The notes beneath the pieces are model-generated. The model was not told where the DNA came from. It worked only from the letters and a program-made list of their open reading frames with translations, and searched no databases. DNA of 64,000 nt, taken from the NCBI GenBank assembly GCA_947363765.1, contig CANAQC010000001.1, positions 8,250 through 72,249 on the forward strand, in the 5' to 3' direction. Source of the stretch: an uncultured Clostridium sp. Its GTDB lineage: Bacteria > Bacillota > Clostridia > TANB77 > CAG-508. Made by a program: the position numbers and the translations under genes. Shown piece after piece: positions 11,955-22,710 of this stretch; the first letter of the stretch is position 1; the number at the start of each line of letters is the position of its first letter.

Positions 11955-13757
11955 ATGTCAATTATATATATTATTACAACAATTTTATTGTATATATTAA
12001 TTTTACTTGTAAGCAAAAGTGATAAAAAATATAACATAGTCAAAACTGTATCAATACAAAGTGTTTTATTACTTTGCTATAATACTTTTATTAGCTATGT
12101 ATTTACAATTATTCATATACCAATTACTTTAGTAACACTTAGCACATTAAATATATTATTAAGTTTATTATTTTTAATAAAAATATTGAAAACAAAAAGT
12201 ATACAGAAATATTATTTTGAAAAAAGAGACATTATATTTATAACAATTCTATTAATTTTTGTTTGTGGTATTTGTTATTCTAACTTTAAGATTCCATTTT
12301 CAATTAAATATTTAACTACAGATTCATCAATTCACTATATTTCAGCAAAGGAATTTTATTTAAATGATAGTTTATTGTTAAATGTAGATAATATAAAAAC
12401 TGCAAATGCAATGATGCCAGGGGCATATTCTAATATTGGAATTTTATTTAAAACATTTGCTCCATTAATAGGAGAAATGAACTTATATAAAGTATTTATT
12501 ATATTTGATATTGTAATGTTATTTTTAGCAGGAATTGTATTTTTTGAAACTATTAAAAAATATGCTAAAAACAAAATATCTTCTATTTTAGCAGGAATTA
12601 TTTCTATTATTTACATATTAGGATATCCATTAAATAATCTTTTATTTGGATATTTTTATCTTGGAATTGGTGTTTTAATAATTAATACTATTGTTTCAAT
12701 TTTACAAGAAAATTTTATGGAAGATTTAAATGTTAAAATTAAGATAATAACACTATTTTTACTGTGTTTTGAATTATTCTTTTCATATTACTTATTTGTA
12801 CCTGCAATTTATGGTGCTATATTTATATTTTTTGTAGTATATTTTTTAAAAAAGAACAAGAAGCTAATTAATAAAGAATTACTTATACATACATTAATAA
12901 TTTTAGTAATTCCTACTATATTAGGATTTTGCTATCATGTTCTACCAGGACTTTTAGAAAGTAGTCAGATTCAAGTAGCAAATGTAATTCAGCTAGAGGG
13001 ATACATTTATAGGAACTTATATTCAAATTTATTACTTTTTATACCATTTTTATTATATTATCTAATTAATGAAAAAAGAGAAAAAACAATTAATTTTGAT
13101 GTAATTGCTTTCTTTATATTTATATGTTATATGGCTATTTTATATATTGGAATATCAAAAATTAATATATCAACATATTACTTTTATAAAACGTATTTTG
13201 TATTATGGCAATTAGTTATTTACTTATGTTTTAGAGGAATATGCTATTTTATAGAAGACAAAAGTTATGGTAAATATGCAGTAAGTATATATTTTTTAAC
13301 TTACATTACTATTATGGGATATTGTCTTTGTTATAAAAGGGTAGAAATTACAAAAGATATAAACACAAATGAAAAAATAACAGATGTTATGGATATATAT
13401 GGTTTAAACCGTACAATTTTATATGATATTATAGATGACTATACAAAAGAAGAAATAGAAATTTTAAAATTTATAAAAAACAATAAATTAGAATTAAAAA
13501 GCAATAATACGTTAATTTTAGGATTTCAAAGACAAGAATATTGGTTTCATGCATTATTAGACTATAGATTTAAGACTAATTTAGATTATGCAACAACAAT
13601 GGAGCATATAAATAAATGGAATGTAGGAGAATATAAATATCTTGTGTATTTTAATAGAAGTGATAATTATACATATTTTAAAGATAATTTACAAATGAAA
13701 AATTCGAAAATAATATATCAAAATGAAACAGGAGCAATACTTGAATACAAAAAATAG
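11955..13757 (+). CDS. polytopic membrane protein, paralog of 6607-8457 (putative GT-C glycosyltransferase / polymerase)
   Basis: Same N-terminal architecture as 6607-8457 ('..SDKKYNIV..LLCYN.F..'). Confidence 0.5.
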   Translation: MSIIYIITTILLYILILLVSKSDKKYNIVKTVSIQSVLLLCYNTFISYVFTIIHIPITLVTLSTLNILLSLLFLIKILKTKSIQKYYFEKRDIIFITILLIFVCGICYSNFKIPFSIKYLTTDSSIHYISAKEFYLNDSLLLNVDNIKTANAMMPGAYSNIGILFKTFAPLIGEMNLYKVFIIFDIVMLFLAGIVFFETIKKYAKNKISSILAGIISIIYILGYPLNNLLFGYFYLGIGVLIINTIVSILQENFMEDLNVKIKIITLFLLCFELFFSYYLFVPAIYGAIFIFFVVYFLKKNKKLINKELLIHTLIILVIPTILGFCYHVLPGLLESSQIQVANVIQLEGYIYRNLYSNLLLFIPFLLYYLINEKREKTINFDVIAFFIFICYMAILYIGISKINISTYYFYKTYFVLWQLVIYLCFRGICYFIEDKSYGKYAVSIYFLTYITIMGYCLCYKRVEITKDINTNEKITDVMDIYGLNRTILYDIIDDYTKEEIEILKFIKNNKLELKSNNTLILGFQRQEYWFHALLDYRFKTNLDYATTMEHINKWNVGEYKYLVYFNRSDNYTYFKDNLQMKNSKIIYQNETGAILEYKK

Positions 13758-13766
13758 GAGGAAAAT

Positions 13767-14300
13767 ATGAAATTATTAATGCATACATGTTGTGCACCTT
13801 GTAGCGTTTATTGTATAGATACATTACAAAAAGAACAAATAGAGCCAACATTATATTGGTATAATCCCAATATACATCCTTATACAGAATATCGTGCAAG
13901 GAAAGACTGCTTAAAAGAATATTCAAAAGAAATTGAAATAGAAGCTATTTTTGAAGACGATTATGGATTAAAAGAATTTACCAAAAATGTAATAGGCGAT
14001 TTACCAAATCGTTGCAAAAACTATTGCTATACAGTTCGTTTAGAAAAAACAGCAAAATATGCAAAAGAACATGGATATGATAGTTTTACAACTACGCTTT
14101 TAGTAAGTCCATATCAAAATCATGAAGCTTTAAAGAAAATAGGAGAAGAACTTGCAAATAAGTATAAAATAGAATTTATATATAGAGATTTTAGGGTAGG
14201 ATTTCGAGAAGGTCAAAAAAAGGCAAGAGAGTTTGGATTATATATGCAAAAATATTGTGGATGTATTTTTTCAGAAGAGGAAAGATATAAAAAGACTTAA
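13767..14300 (+). CDS. queH: epoxyqueuosine reductase QueH (DUF208)
   Basis: 'HTCCAPCS' and 'CKNYC' cysteine motifs; 177 aa. Confidence 0.75.
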   Translation: MKLLMHTCCAPCSVYCIDTLQKEQIEPTLYWYNPNIHPYTEYRARKDCLKEYSKEIEIEAIFEDDYGLKEFTKNVIGDLPNRCKNYCYTVRLEKTAKYAKEHGYDSFTTTLLVSPYQNHEALKKIGEELANKYKIEFIYRDFRVGFREGQKKAREFGLYMQKYCGCIFSEEERYKKT

Positions 14301-14395
14301 AAAAAAGAAAGAATAATGTCGAAAATAGTCACAAAAAATAAAAGGATTCATATGATATCATATAAACACTTTCTAGTGTTTTAAGGAGGTGAAGT

Positions 14396-14662
14396 ATGAT
14401 GGATATGGAACCAAAATGTTATTATGAAGCACCAAAATGTGAATGTAAAACAAAAAAATGTTGTGTTGATTTAATACTAACTATTTTATTAGTTGCATTT
14501 GCATTTACGTTAGGACTTATTATAGGAGCTATTGCAGGAGTGTTAGTTCTTCTAGGTTTAGGTGCTGTTATTGCAATTGCAGTAATATTAGGATTGTTAA
14601 TTGTTTTAAGAATTGTTACTTTAGTATGTAGTAAAAAAGAAAAGAAATGTTGTTGCAAATAA
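14396..14662 (+). CDS. small Cys-rich membrane protein
   Basis: 88 aa with Cys clusters at both ends flanking a Gly/Ala/Ile-rich TM hairpin. RBS GGAGGTG upstream. Confidence 0.5.
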   Translation: MMDMEPKCYYEAPKCECKTKKCCVDLILTILLVAFAFTLGLIIGAIAGVLVLLGLGAVIAIAVILGLLIVLRIVTLVCSKKEKKCCCK

Positions 14663-14676
14663 TAGGTTTAAAAAAT

Positions 14677-14696
14677 CGTGTATCGAAAGATACACG
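14677..14696. terminator. 8-bp GC-containing hairpin with GAAA tetraloop (CGTGTATC-gaaa-GATACACG)
   Basis: Seen directly, 15 nt after the stop of the Cys-rich ORF. The T-tract lies on the opposite-strand side. Confidence 0.35.
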
Positions 14697-14782
14697 TATA
14701 CATAAGAAAAAAACTATATACAAAAATAATAACAAATGATATGCTAAGAAATATGAAATCTATTAAGAGAAGGAGAAAAAAT

Positions 14783-14968
14783 ATGGAAAGAAGATTAGAA
14801 ATAATTATTGAAAATTGTCCTCAAAATCATAAATGTCCTGCTGTAAAAGTTTGTCCAGTAGGTGCGTTAACACAAGATGGATTTGAAGCACCTAAAATAA
14901 ATTATGATAAGTGTATTAAATGTGGCAAATGTTCAAGCTTTTGTCCTAAAAAAGCATTAGTTTTATAA
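14783..14968 (+). CDS. small 4Fe-4S ferredoxin-like protein
   Basis: 'CIKCGKCSSFCP' motif. RBS AAGGAG precedes ATG 14783. Confidence 0.55.
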   Translation: MERRLEIIIENCPQNHKCPAVKVCPVGALTQDGFEAPKINYDKCIKCGKCSSFCPKKALVL

Positions 14969-15005
14969 AAAAAGATTTTGGTTTTAATTAGTATAAGGAG
15001 GAAGT

Positions 15006-16494
15006 ATGTCTTTAATTAATGTAAATAATTTGACATTTCGATATGATGGAAGTAATACTAATGTATTTGAAAATGTATCTTTTAATATAGATACTAATTG
15101 GAAATTAGGTTTAATTGGACGAAACGGAAAAGGAAAAACAACATTTTTAAAATTGTTACTAAATGAATATGAATATAAAGGTACAATATCAAAAAATGTA
15201 GAATTAGAATATTTTCCTTATGAAGTAAAACAAAAAGAAAGAATGACAATTGAAATTGTAAATGAAATTGCCCCAAATGCTGAAGAATGGAAAATAATAA
15301 AAGAATTAAATTTATTAAATATAGATGTTGAAATTCTGTATAGAAAGTTTAATTTATTAAGCGGTGGAGAACAAATAAAATTGCTTCTAATTAGCTTATT
15401 TTTAAAAGATAATAGCTTTTTATTAATAGATGAACCTACCAATCACTTAGACTTTGAAACAAGACAAAACTTAGTAGAGTATTTAAATAAGAAAAAAGGC
15501 TTTATTTTAGTATCACACGATAGGAATTTTTTAGATAAAGTAGTAGATCATATTATATCTATTAATAATACTAATATTGAAATTCAAAAAGGAAATTTTT
15601 CTTCATGGTATAATAATAAACAATCACAAGATAATTTTGAATTAACACAAAATGAAAGATTGCAAAAGGATATTAAGAGACTAGAAATAGCTTCAAAAAA
15701 TACAGCAAATTGGTCTGATAAAATTGAAAAATCTAAATATAATACAACAAATTCTGGTTCAAGTATAGATAGAGGATATATTGGACATCAATCTGCTAAA
15801 ATGATGAAAAAGTCAAAAGTAATGGAAAAGAGAATTCAAAAATCCATTGACGAAAAGTCAAATTTATTAAATAATATTGATAGAAGTGATAGTTTAAAAA
15901 TAATACCATTAGAAAGTAGAAAGAATCCATTAATTATAGCTGATAATTTACAAATTCAATATAATGGTAAAACGATTTTTAATGAGTTATCATTTGAAAT
16001 AGAAAATGGAGATAGAGTTGCAATATCACGGAAAAAATGGAATAGGGAAATCAAGTATATTAAAACTAATAATGGGTAACAACATAGAATATATTGGAGA
16101 ATTAAAAGTAGCAAATGATTTAAAGTTATCTTATGTATCACAAACAACAGATGATTTAAGAGGTAATTTAAAAGAGTTTGCAAGTCAAAATAAAATTGAT
16201 GAAAGTATTTTTAAAGCAATGTTATCAAAAATGGGATTTTCTAGTTTAGAATTTGAAAAAGAAATAAGCAAAATGAGTGAGGGACAAAAAAAGAAAGTAT
16301 TAATTGCTAAAAGTATATCTGAACAAGCTAATATTTATATATGGGACGAGCCATTAAATTACATTGATATTTTAACAAGGATTCAAATTGAAGAAGCAAT
16401 TTTAAAATACAAACCTACAATTGTCTTTGTAGAACATGACGAAATATTTATAAAAAAAGTAGCAAATAAAGTAATAAAATTAGAACATTATTAA
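15006..16494 (+). CDS. ABC-F ATPase, Lsa-family (ARE-type ribosomal protection); interrupted by one extra C at 16029
   Basis: Two ABC domains with Lsa-like N-terminus 'NLTFRYDGS..NWKLGLIGRNGKGKTT'. Deleting C16029 restores the second Walker A 'AISGKNGIGKSS'. Confidence 0.8.
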
Positions 16495-16555
16495 ATGTTT
16501 ATAATTGATTTATGTACATGAGCAAAAATATGCAATATAAAGCAACATTTACAGT

Positions 16556-17347
16556 TTGTTAAAAAGGAGATGCTTAGTTATGAATGAAAAAAAATTAGAA
16601 AATACTTCAATTCACTATTGGATTAATGATACCCAATTGGGAAGTGCAATAATATTTGTACACCCTGCATTTGCAAATCATACTTGTTTTGATACACAGT
16701 TAGATTACTTTAGAGATTATAAAGTTATTACAATAGATTTAATAGGACATGGCAAATCAATAGGAAAAGGATCAATAGAAGATACATCTTTACATATAAA
16801 TCAAATTATGGAAACAGAAAAAATTGATAAAATCAATTTAGTGGGAGTATCTATTGGAGCAGTATTAGTTCAAGATTTTGCAAATAAATATCCAAGCAAA
16901 GTATCTTCTCTAACTTGTATAGGTGGATATGATAATAATAATTTCGATAAAAGTTTACAAAAAGGTAATACCAAATATCAAATGAAAATGATGTTAAAGG
17001 CAATGTTTTCTATAAAAGCATTTGCCGAAGATAATAAAAAAATATCAGCATATACAAATGAAGCACAAGAAAAATTTTATCAGATGAATTTAGGATTTAA
17101 AAAGAGTTCATTTAGATATCTTGCAACACTTTCTAAATTAATTAATAAATATAAAACACCAAAAAGAGATTATCCACTTTTAATTGGAGTTGGAGAATAT
17201 GATAATGATATGGCAAAAAAAGCATCAGCTATTTGGCATGAATCAGAGCCAGATAGTAAATATGTAGAATTTTCTGGGGCAGGACATATAGTTAATATGG
17301 ATACACCAGAACAATTTAATGAAGTTTTAAAAAAAGTAATTAGATAA
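16556..17347 (+). CDS. alpha/beta-fold hydrolase
   Basis: 'GHGKS' and 'GVSIGAV' nucleophile-elbow motifs. Confidence 0.7.
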   Translation: MLKRRCLVMNEKKLENTSIHYWINDTQLGSAIIFVHPAFANHTCFDTQLDYFRDYKVITIDLIGHGKSIGKGSIEDTSLHINQIMETEKIDKINLVGVSIGAVLVQDFANKYPSKVSSLTCIGGYDNNNFDKSLQKGNTKYQMKMMLKAMFSIKAFAEDNKKISAYTNEAQEKFYQMNLGFKKSSFRYLATLSKLINKYKTPKRDYPLLIGVGEYDNDMAKKASAIWHESEPDSKYVEFSGAGHIVNMDTPEQFNEVLKKVIR

Positions 17348-17424
17348 AAATTACGATAAATAATATCAAGAATCGTTTTAAAAGCTAATATTTTGAATTA
17401 TAAATTTTAAGAAAAGAGAAATAT

Positions 17425-17919
17425 ATGGAATTTAATGATTATATAGATTTTATAAAAGAAAAACATAAAGGGCAAAAGAGAATACAAGGAACACCATATT
17501 ATTTACACCCACTAGAAGTAAGTAATATTTTAGATAAGAAAGGATTCTCAAAAGAATATCAAATAGTAGGATTGTTTCATGATTTATTAGAAGATACTGA
17601 TGTAACATATGAAGATATACTAAAAATTACTAATACAGAAATTGCTGAAGCGGTAAAGCTTGTAACTAAAGAAAAAGGATATGTAATGTCTGAATATATA
17701 CAGAGAATAATGGAAAATGATATAGCAAGAATGGTAAAATTAGCTGATAGAATACATAACTTATCAGAAACACATTTAGCACCAGCAAAATTTCAAGAAA
17801 GATATATTAAAGAAACAGAAGAATGGTTTATGGAGCTAGCTGCTAGAACAGTTTTTGAAGAAGATATAAAAAAGATATTAGATAATTTAAAACATTGTCC
17901 TTTATGTGGAATAAAATAA
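17425..17919 (+). CDS. HD-domain protein resembling RelA/SpoT-type (p)ppGpp hydrolase (small alarmone hydrolase-like)
   Basis: 'HPLEV..LFHDLLEDT' and 'LADRIHNL' motifs. Confidence 0.6.
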   Translation: MEFNDYIDFIKEKHKGQKRIQGTPYYLHPLEVSNILDKKGFSKEYQIVGLFHDLLEDTDVTYEDILKITNTEIAEAVKLVTKEKGYVMSEYIQRIMENDIARMVKLADRIHNLSETHLAPAKFQERYIKETEEWFMELAARTVFEEDIKKILDNLKHCPLCGIK

Positions 17920-18438
17920 TAATTATGAAATTATGATTTGAATATAAAATTACATGTATAATGGAGATTTATATTATAGAATGTAAATAATGTTTAAAAT
18001 ATTATTTGCTGCAATATGTTTGTAGAACTGGTGGTAGAGGTATTTGCATTGATATAGAATATATGCTTATAATATTATTAAAATTACCAAGAACTGAAAA
18101 ATATAGTATAGGTACAGAAATAAGGACAAGGTGTTAATTTTTGCTAGTTACAAAATAAACCAATATAGATTAAAAATCAGACATTTTAGTAAAGTGCGAA
18201 TGAAAAGGAAACTAAAATATTATACAGAATTATTAAAAGAAGGAAAAATTGAATTCAAAAATTATATTTCAGACTTTGATGAGTTAGTAACAGAAACAAA
18301 AAATCTTAACAGCAAATGAACGACAAATTATAATTGATAGAGCAGATAATTTATTGAAAATTGTCTGCTTTTATGGTATTATTTATTCATTATAAAATTC
18401 AATAAAAATTCAATGTTTAATTTATACAATATAAAAAG

Positions 18439-19128
18439 GTGATAATGATGAAAATTTTAATAATAGAAGATGAATATAGTTTAGCAGATGCTATAGCAGA
18501 AACTTTGCGAAAGGAAAAATTCCAAGTTAAGATAATAACAAATGGAAAGGATGGAGAAAATGAAGTTTTAACTAATATTTATGACTTAATATTATTAGAT
18601 GTAATGCTACCTAAAAAAAATGGATTTGAAATACTAACGAATTTAAGGAAAGAAAAAATAGATACACCAGTTATAATGATTACAGCAAAATCAGAAATAT
18701 CTGATAAATTGAATGGATTAGAAAATGGTGCTGATGATTACATTACCAAACCCTTTCACATGAGAGAATTGATTGCTAGAGTAAAGGTGATATTAAAAAG
18801 GAAAAATAACATACAAGATACAAATGTACTAGAATATAGTGATTTAAAACTAAATTTGGTTACTTGCAAGATGTGTGTTAATGATACTGAAATTGCTATT
18901 AATGGAAAAGAACTAGATTTACTAGAAATATTATTAGTAAATAAAAATCAAATAGTTAATAGAGAAATATTAGCAAATAAAATATGGGGATATAATAGTG
19001 AGGCAGAATACAATAATGTAGAAGTTTATGTATCATTTTTGAGAAAAAAATTAAAACTTCTTAAATCAAAAGTAAAAATAAAAGCAATAAGAGGAATAGG
19101 GTATAAATTAGAGGACGAAAATGATTAA
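18439..19128 (+). CDS. OmpR-family response regulator
   Basis: Receiver domain with 'LLDVMLP' and a winged-helix C-terminus. Confidence 0.9.
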   Translation: MIMMKILIIEDEYSLADAIAETLRKEKFQVKIITNGKDGENEVLTNIYDLILLDVMLPKKNGFEILTNLRKEKIDTPVIMITAKSEISDKLNGLENGADDYITKPFHMRELIARVKVILKRKNNIQDTNVLEYSDLKLNLVTCKMCVNDTEIAINGKELDLLEILLVNKNQIVNREILANKIWGYNSEAEYNNVEVYVSFLRKKLKLLKSKVKIKAIRGIGYKLEDEND

Positions 19129-20314
19129 AAAATTAAATGAAAGAATATTTTGGCTAATTATGGTATCATTATCCATTATAATATTTGGAACAATTATATT
19201 ATTTGCTGTTTTTAATTATAGTAATACAATTAATACAGCTACTTTTATGATAGATAGATTTATGGGAGAAGAACCGAAGAAAAATCCAGATAGAAGGATA
19301 GACGATTACAAAATAAAACCAGATACTAATATTGATGGAGTTTATAATTTTTTAATACAAGAATCTGTAATTATTCAAAGTTCAAATACATCAAATGACA
19401 AAGCAATAAATGAATATGCTCTAAAAATAGCAAAGAAAAATACAGAAAAAGGAATAATCGGAAAATATATTTATAAAGTTAGAAAAATAAATCCAAACAC
19501 AGTAAGAATTACATTTGTGGAGAATGAAGATACTATTTCTCATATAAAAACAATATATATAGTATCAAGCATTATAGCCATTGCTTCTCTTTTTGCAATT
19601 TATAAATTAGCAAAAAAAGTATCTAAAATGATTGTAAGACCAGTAGAAGAAACATTTGAAAAACAAAAACAATTTATATCAGATGCTTCTCATGAACTAA
19701 AAACACCACTTGCAGTAATAGAAGCTAATAGTGATGTATTAGAAAATGAAATAGGCAAAAATAAATGGATAGATTATATTCAAAATGAAACAGAGAGTAT
19801 GAACAACCTAATTAATGAACTATTATTATTTGCTAAAATAGAAAATGTAGATAATGTAAAAGAATATAAACAATTAAATCTTTCAAAAGAAGTAGAAATT
19901 ATACTTTCTATGTTTGAAAGTATGGCTTATGAAAAGCAAGTAATCATAAAAAGTAAAATTAACGAAAATATCACAATGAATGGAAATAAAGAAGATATAG
20001 AACATATTGTATCTACTTTGACAGATAATGCTATTAAGCATACTGAAGCACAAAAAGAAATAGTGGTAGAACTAAAAAAAGAAAAAAAAGAAATTATATT
20101 AGAAGTAAAAAATATGGGAGATTTAATCCCAGAAGAAGAAAGAGAAAAAATATTTGAAAGATTTTATCGTATTGATAAATCAAGGAATAGAAACGAAAAA
20201 AGATATGGTTTAGGACTTGCCATTGCAAAATCTACCATAGAAAAATATAATGGAACAATAGAGGTGTTTTATAAAGATAATTATACAGTCTTTAAAGTAA
20301 CAATGCCAAATTAA
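19121..20314 (+). CDS. sensor histidine kinase
   Basis: H-box 'SHELKTPL' plus N/G boxes; two TM segments. Confidence 0.9.
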   Translation: MIKKLNERIFWLIMVSLSIIIFGTIILFAVFNYSNTINTATFMIDRFMGEEPKKNPDRRIDDYKIKPDTNIDGVYNFLIQESVIIQSSNTSNDKAINEYALKIAKKNTEKGIIGKYIYKVRKINPNTVRITFVENEDTISHIKTIYIVSSIIAIASLFAIYKLAKKVSKMIVRPVEETFEKQKQFISDASHELKTPLAVIEANSDVLENEIGKNKWIDYIQNETESMNNLINELLLFAKIENVDNVKEYKQLNLSKEVEIILSMFESMAYEKQVIIKSKINENITMNGNKEDIEHIVSTLTDNAIKHTEAQKEIVVELKKEKKEIILEVKNMGDLIPEEEREKIFERFYRIDKSRNRNEKRYGLGLAIAKSTIEKYNGTIEVFYKDNYTVFKVTMPN

Positions 20315-20330
20315 TATATAAGAACCAGAT

Positions 20331-20358
20331 CCTACTATGCAATCAAAGATTGCAAGTG
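20331..20358 (+). terminator. imperfect hairpin centred on GCAATC-aaa-GATTGC after the kinase gene
   Basis: Seen directly. GC-rich for this genome and lacks a clear U-tract. Confidence 0.3.
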
Positions 20359-20488
20359 GGTCCCCCTGAACCTTGTTGTTTCACAATAAGAAGTATTAAC
20401 AAAATTAAAAAATGTTAATACTTTTTCTTTTTTCAATAATTCTTCAATCTTTATGTATTATATTATGAATAGTTTAGGAGGTAATAAG

Positions 20489-22048
20489 ATGTATATTTTA
20501 AAAAATAGTTTGGTTTCTATTATTAGAAATAAGGGAAGGAATATTTTAATAGGAATTATCATATTGGTAATTGCAGCAAGTTCTACAGTAACTTTAGCAA
20601 TAAGGAATACAGCAAATAGGCTTGTAAAAAACTATGAAGAATCACATGACATTATTGCTAATATTTCATTTGATAGAAAAGGAATGTCAGCAAATTTTAA
20701 AGGTGGAGAAGATGCTAAAAAAGAAAATATAGAAGCATTTAACAGTATAGAATCATTTACAATTGATGATATAAAAAATTATGGAAATAGTGAATATTTA
20801 AAAGGTTTTTATTATTTATATACAACATCTCTAAATAGTGATAGCTTAACAAAAGCAACAGACTCATTTGAATATGAAGTAGAAGATAGACAAACAAATA
20901 CAAGTTCAACAATCAAAACAACAGGTGGAAATAGTGGAATAGGAAAAGTGGCAGGAGGAGAATTTGGCGGTAGAGAAAGGCATACTACAATAAATAATAA
21001 TACAACTACTGTAATAACGAAATCAAAAGAAGTATTCCAAAGTTCAAGAAATTTAACTGGAGATTTTGAAATAGATGGATATTCTTCTTATGAAGCGATG
21101 ACTGATTTTATAAGTGGAACATACAAAATTACAGATGGAGAAATGATAACTGACTTTGAAAGTTTTGAGTGTGTAATAAACTCAGAACTTGCAACACTAA
21201 ATGAAATAACTGTTGGAAGTAAAATAGCATTTAAAAATCCTAACAATAGCGAGAAAACTTATGAATTTACAGTAACAGGAATTTATACGGATAACTCTAA
21301 TACAGACGATACAAAAAATATGTATTCTAGGTCTGCTAATAAAATTATAACAGGAAGTGGAGTAACCCATTTATTAGTACAAGATGACAGTACACTTACA
21401 ACTAATATAACACCATCATTTATAATTGAGAGTAAAGATGATATAGATCCATTTATAGAAGAAGTAAAACAAAAAGGATTAAATGAATATTACACAATAA
21501 ATACAAATTTAGAGGACTTAGAAAGTGCTACAAAATCCATCGAGAATGTAAAGACTTTTGCTACAACATTTTTAGTTATTACATTAATCATATCTTCAAT
21601 TGTTTTATTTGTAATTAATATGATTAATATTAGAGAAAGAAAATATGAAATAGGTGTATTTAGAACAATAGGTATAAGTAAATTCAAATTAACAACACAA
21701 TTTATTTTAGAACTATTAATAGTAAGTATTGTTATGCTAATTATTGGTGCAGCTTGTGGAAGTTATTTGTCAAAACCAATAGGAAATATGTTATTACAAA
21801 ATGAAATAGAAGATACACAAGCTGAGGAACAAGAAATTTCAAACAATTTTGGAAAAGGTTCAATGAATATGCAGTTTAATGGCAATAAACAAGTAGAAGA
21901 AATTAGTACAATTGATGCAGTTGTAGATGTAAATGTTGTAATAGAGTTACTTGGAATAGGAATACTTTTAACATTGATTAGTAGTTTAGCTTCTATGATA
22001 AGTATTCAAAGATTTAGTCCACTTACTATATTGAAAGAGAGGTCTTAA
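20489..22048 (+). CDS. ABC transporter permease, FtsX/MacB-like, with large extracytoplasmic domain
   Basis: N-terminal TM, a long soluble domain and a C-terminal 3-TM FtsX-like module. RBS AGGAGG precedes ATG 20489. Confidence 0.8.
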   Translation: MYILKNSLVSIIRNKGRNILIGIIILVIAASSTVTLAIRNTANRLVKNYEESHDIIANISFDRKGMSANFKGGEDAKKENIEAFNSIESFTIDDIKNYGNSEYLKGFYYLYTTSLNSDSLTKATDSFEYEVEDRQTNTSSTIKTTGGNSGIGKVAGGEFGGRERHTTINNNTTTVITKSKEVFQSSRNLTGDFEIDGYSSYEAMTDFISGTYKITDGEMITDFESFECVINSELATLNEITVGSKIAFKNPNNSEKTYEFTVTGIYTDNSNTDDTKNMYSRSANKIITGSGVTHLLVQDDSTLTTNITPSFIIESKDDIDPFIEEVKQKGLNEYYTINTNLEDLESATKSIENVKTFATTFLVITLIISSIVLFVINMINIRERKYEIGVFRTIGISKFKLTTQFILELLIVSIVMLIIGAACGSYLSKPIGNMLLQNEIEDTQAEEQEISNNFGKGSMNMQFNGNKQVEEISTIDAVVDVNVVIELLGIGILLTLISSLASMISIQRFSPLTILKERS

Positions 22049-22050
22049 GT

Positions 22051-22701
22051 ATGGGAATATTAAAATTAGAAAATGTAGGATATAAGTATAAAGATGCACC
22101 AAAAGATTCGTATGTGTTTAAAGATATAAATTATGAATTTGAACAAGGTAAAATGTATGCAATTAAAGGAAAAAGTGGTAGTGGAAAAACAACATTATTA
22201 TCACTTATAACAGGTCTTGAAAAATGCACAGAAGGAACAGTGTTGTATGATGGAAAAGACTTAAAAAAGATGAATTTAGATAAATATAGAAATACAGATA
22301 TAGGAATTGTATTTCAAAGTTATAACTTATTACCAAGATTAACAGCAATAGAAAATATTATATTATCTATGGATGTAAGTAAAGTAAAAATAAAAGATAA
22401 AAAGAAAAAAGCACTAGAACTTATGAAAAGTGTAGGACTTTCTGAAGAACATAGTAAAAGAAAGATATTAAAATTATCTGGAGGAGAACAACAAAGAATT
22501 GCTATTGGAAGAAGTTTGTCGTATAATCCAAAGATAATTATCGCAGATGAGCCAACAGGAAATTTAGATAAAGATACGGAAAATGAGATTTTAAAAATAT
22601 TTGGAAGGCTTGCAAAAGAAGAAAATAAATGTATTATAATTGTTACTCATTCACAAAATGTTTGTGATGGAGTAGACACAGTATATGAATTGATAAAGTA
22701 G
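22051..22701 (+). CDS. ABC transporter ATP-binding protein (MacB-type)
   Basis: Walker A 'GKSGSGKTT', signature 'LSGGEQQR' and Walker B 'IIADEPTGNLD'. Confidence 0.9.
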   Translation: MGILKLENVGYKYKDAPKDSYVFKDINYEFEQGKMYAIKGKSGSGKTTLLSLITGLEKCTEGTVLYDGKDLKKMNLDKYRNTDIGIVFQSYNLLPRLTAIENIILSMDVSKVKIKDKKKKALELMKSVGLSEEHSKRKILKLSGGEQQRIAIGRSLSYNPKIIIADEPTGNLDKDTENEILKIFGRLAKEENKCIIIVTHSQNVCDGVDTVYELIK

Positions 22702-22710
22702 TAAAAAATT

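Noticed and set aside
18131-18319. 62-aa ORF in the long intergenic region upstream of the two-component system.
   Set aside because: No RBS, no conservation signal, and composition like the surrounding AT-rich spacer.
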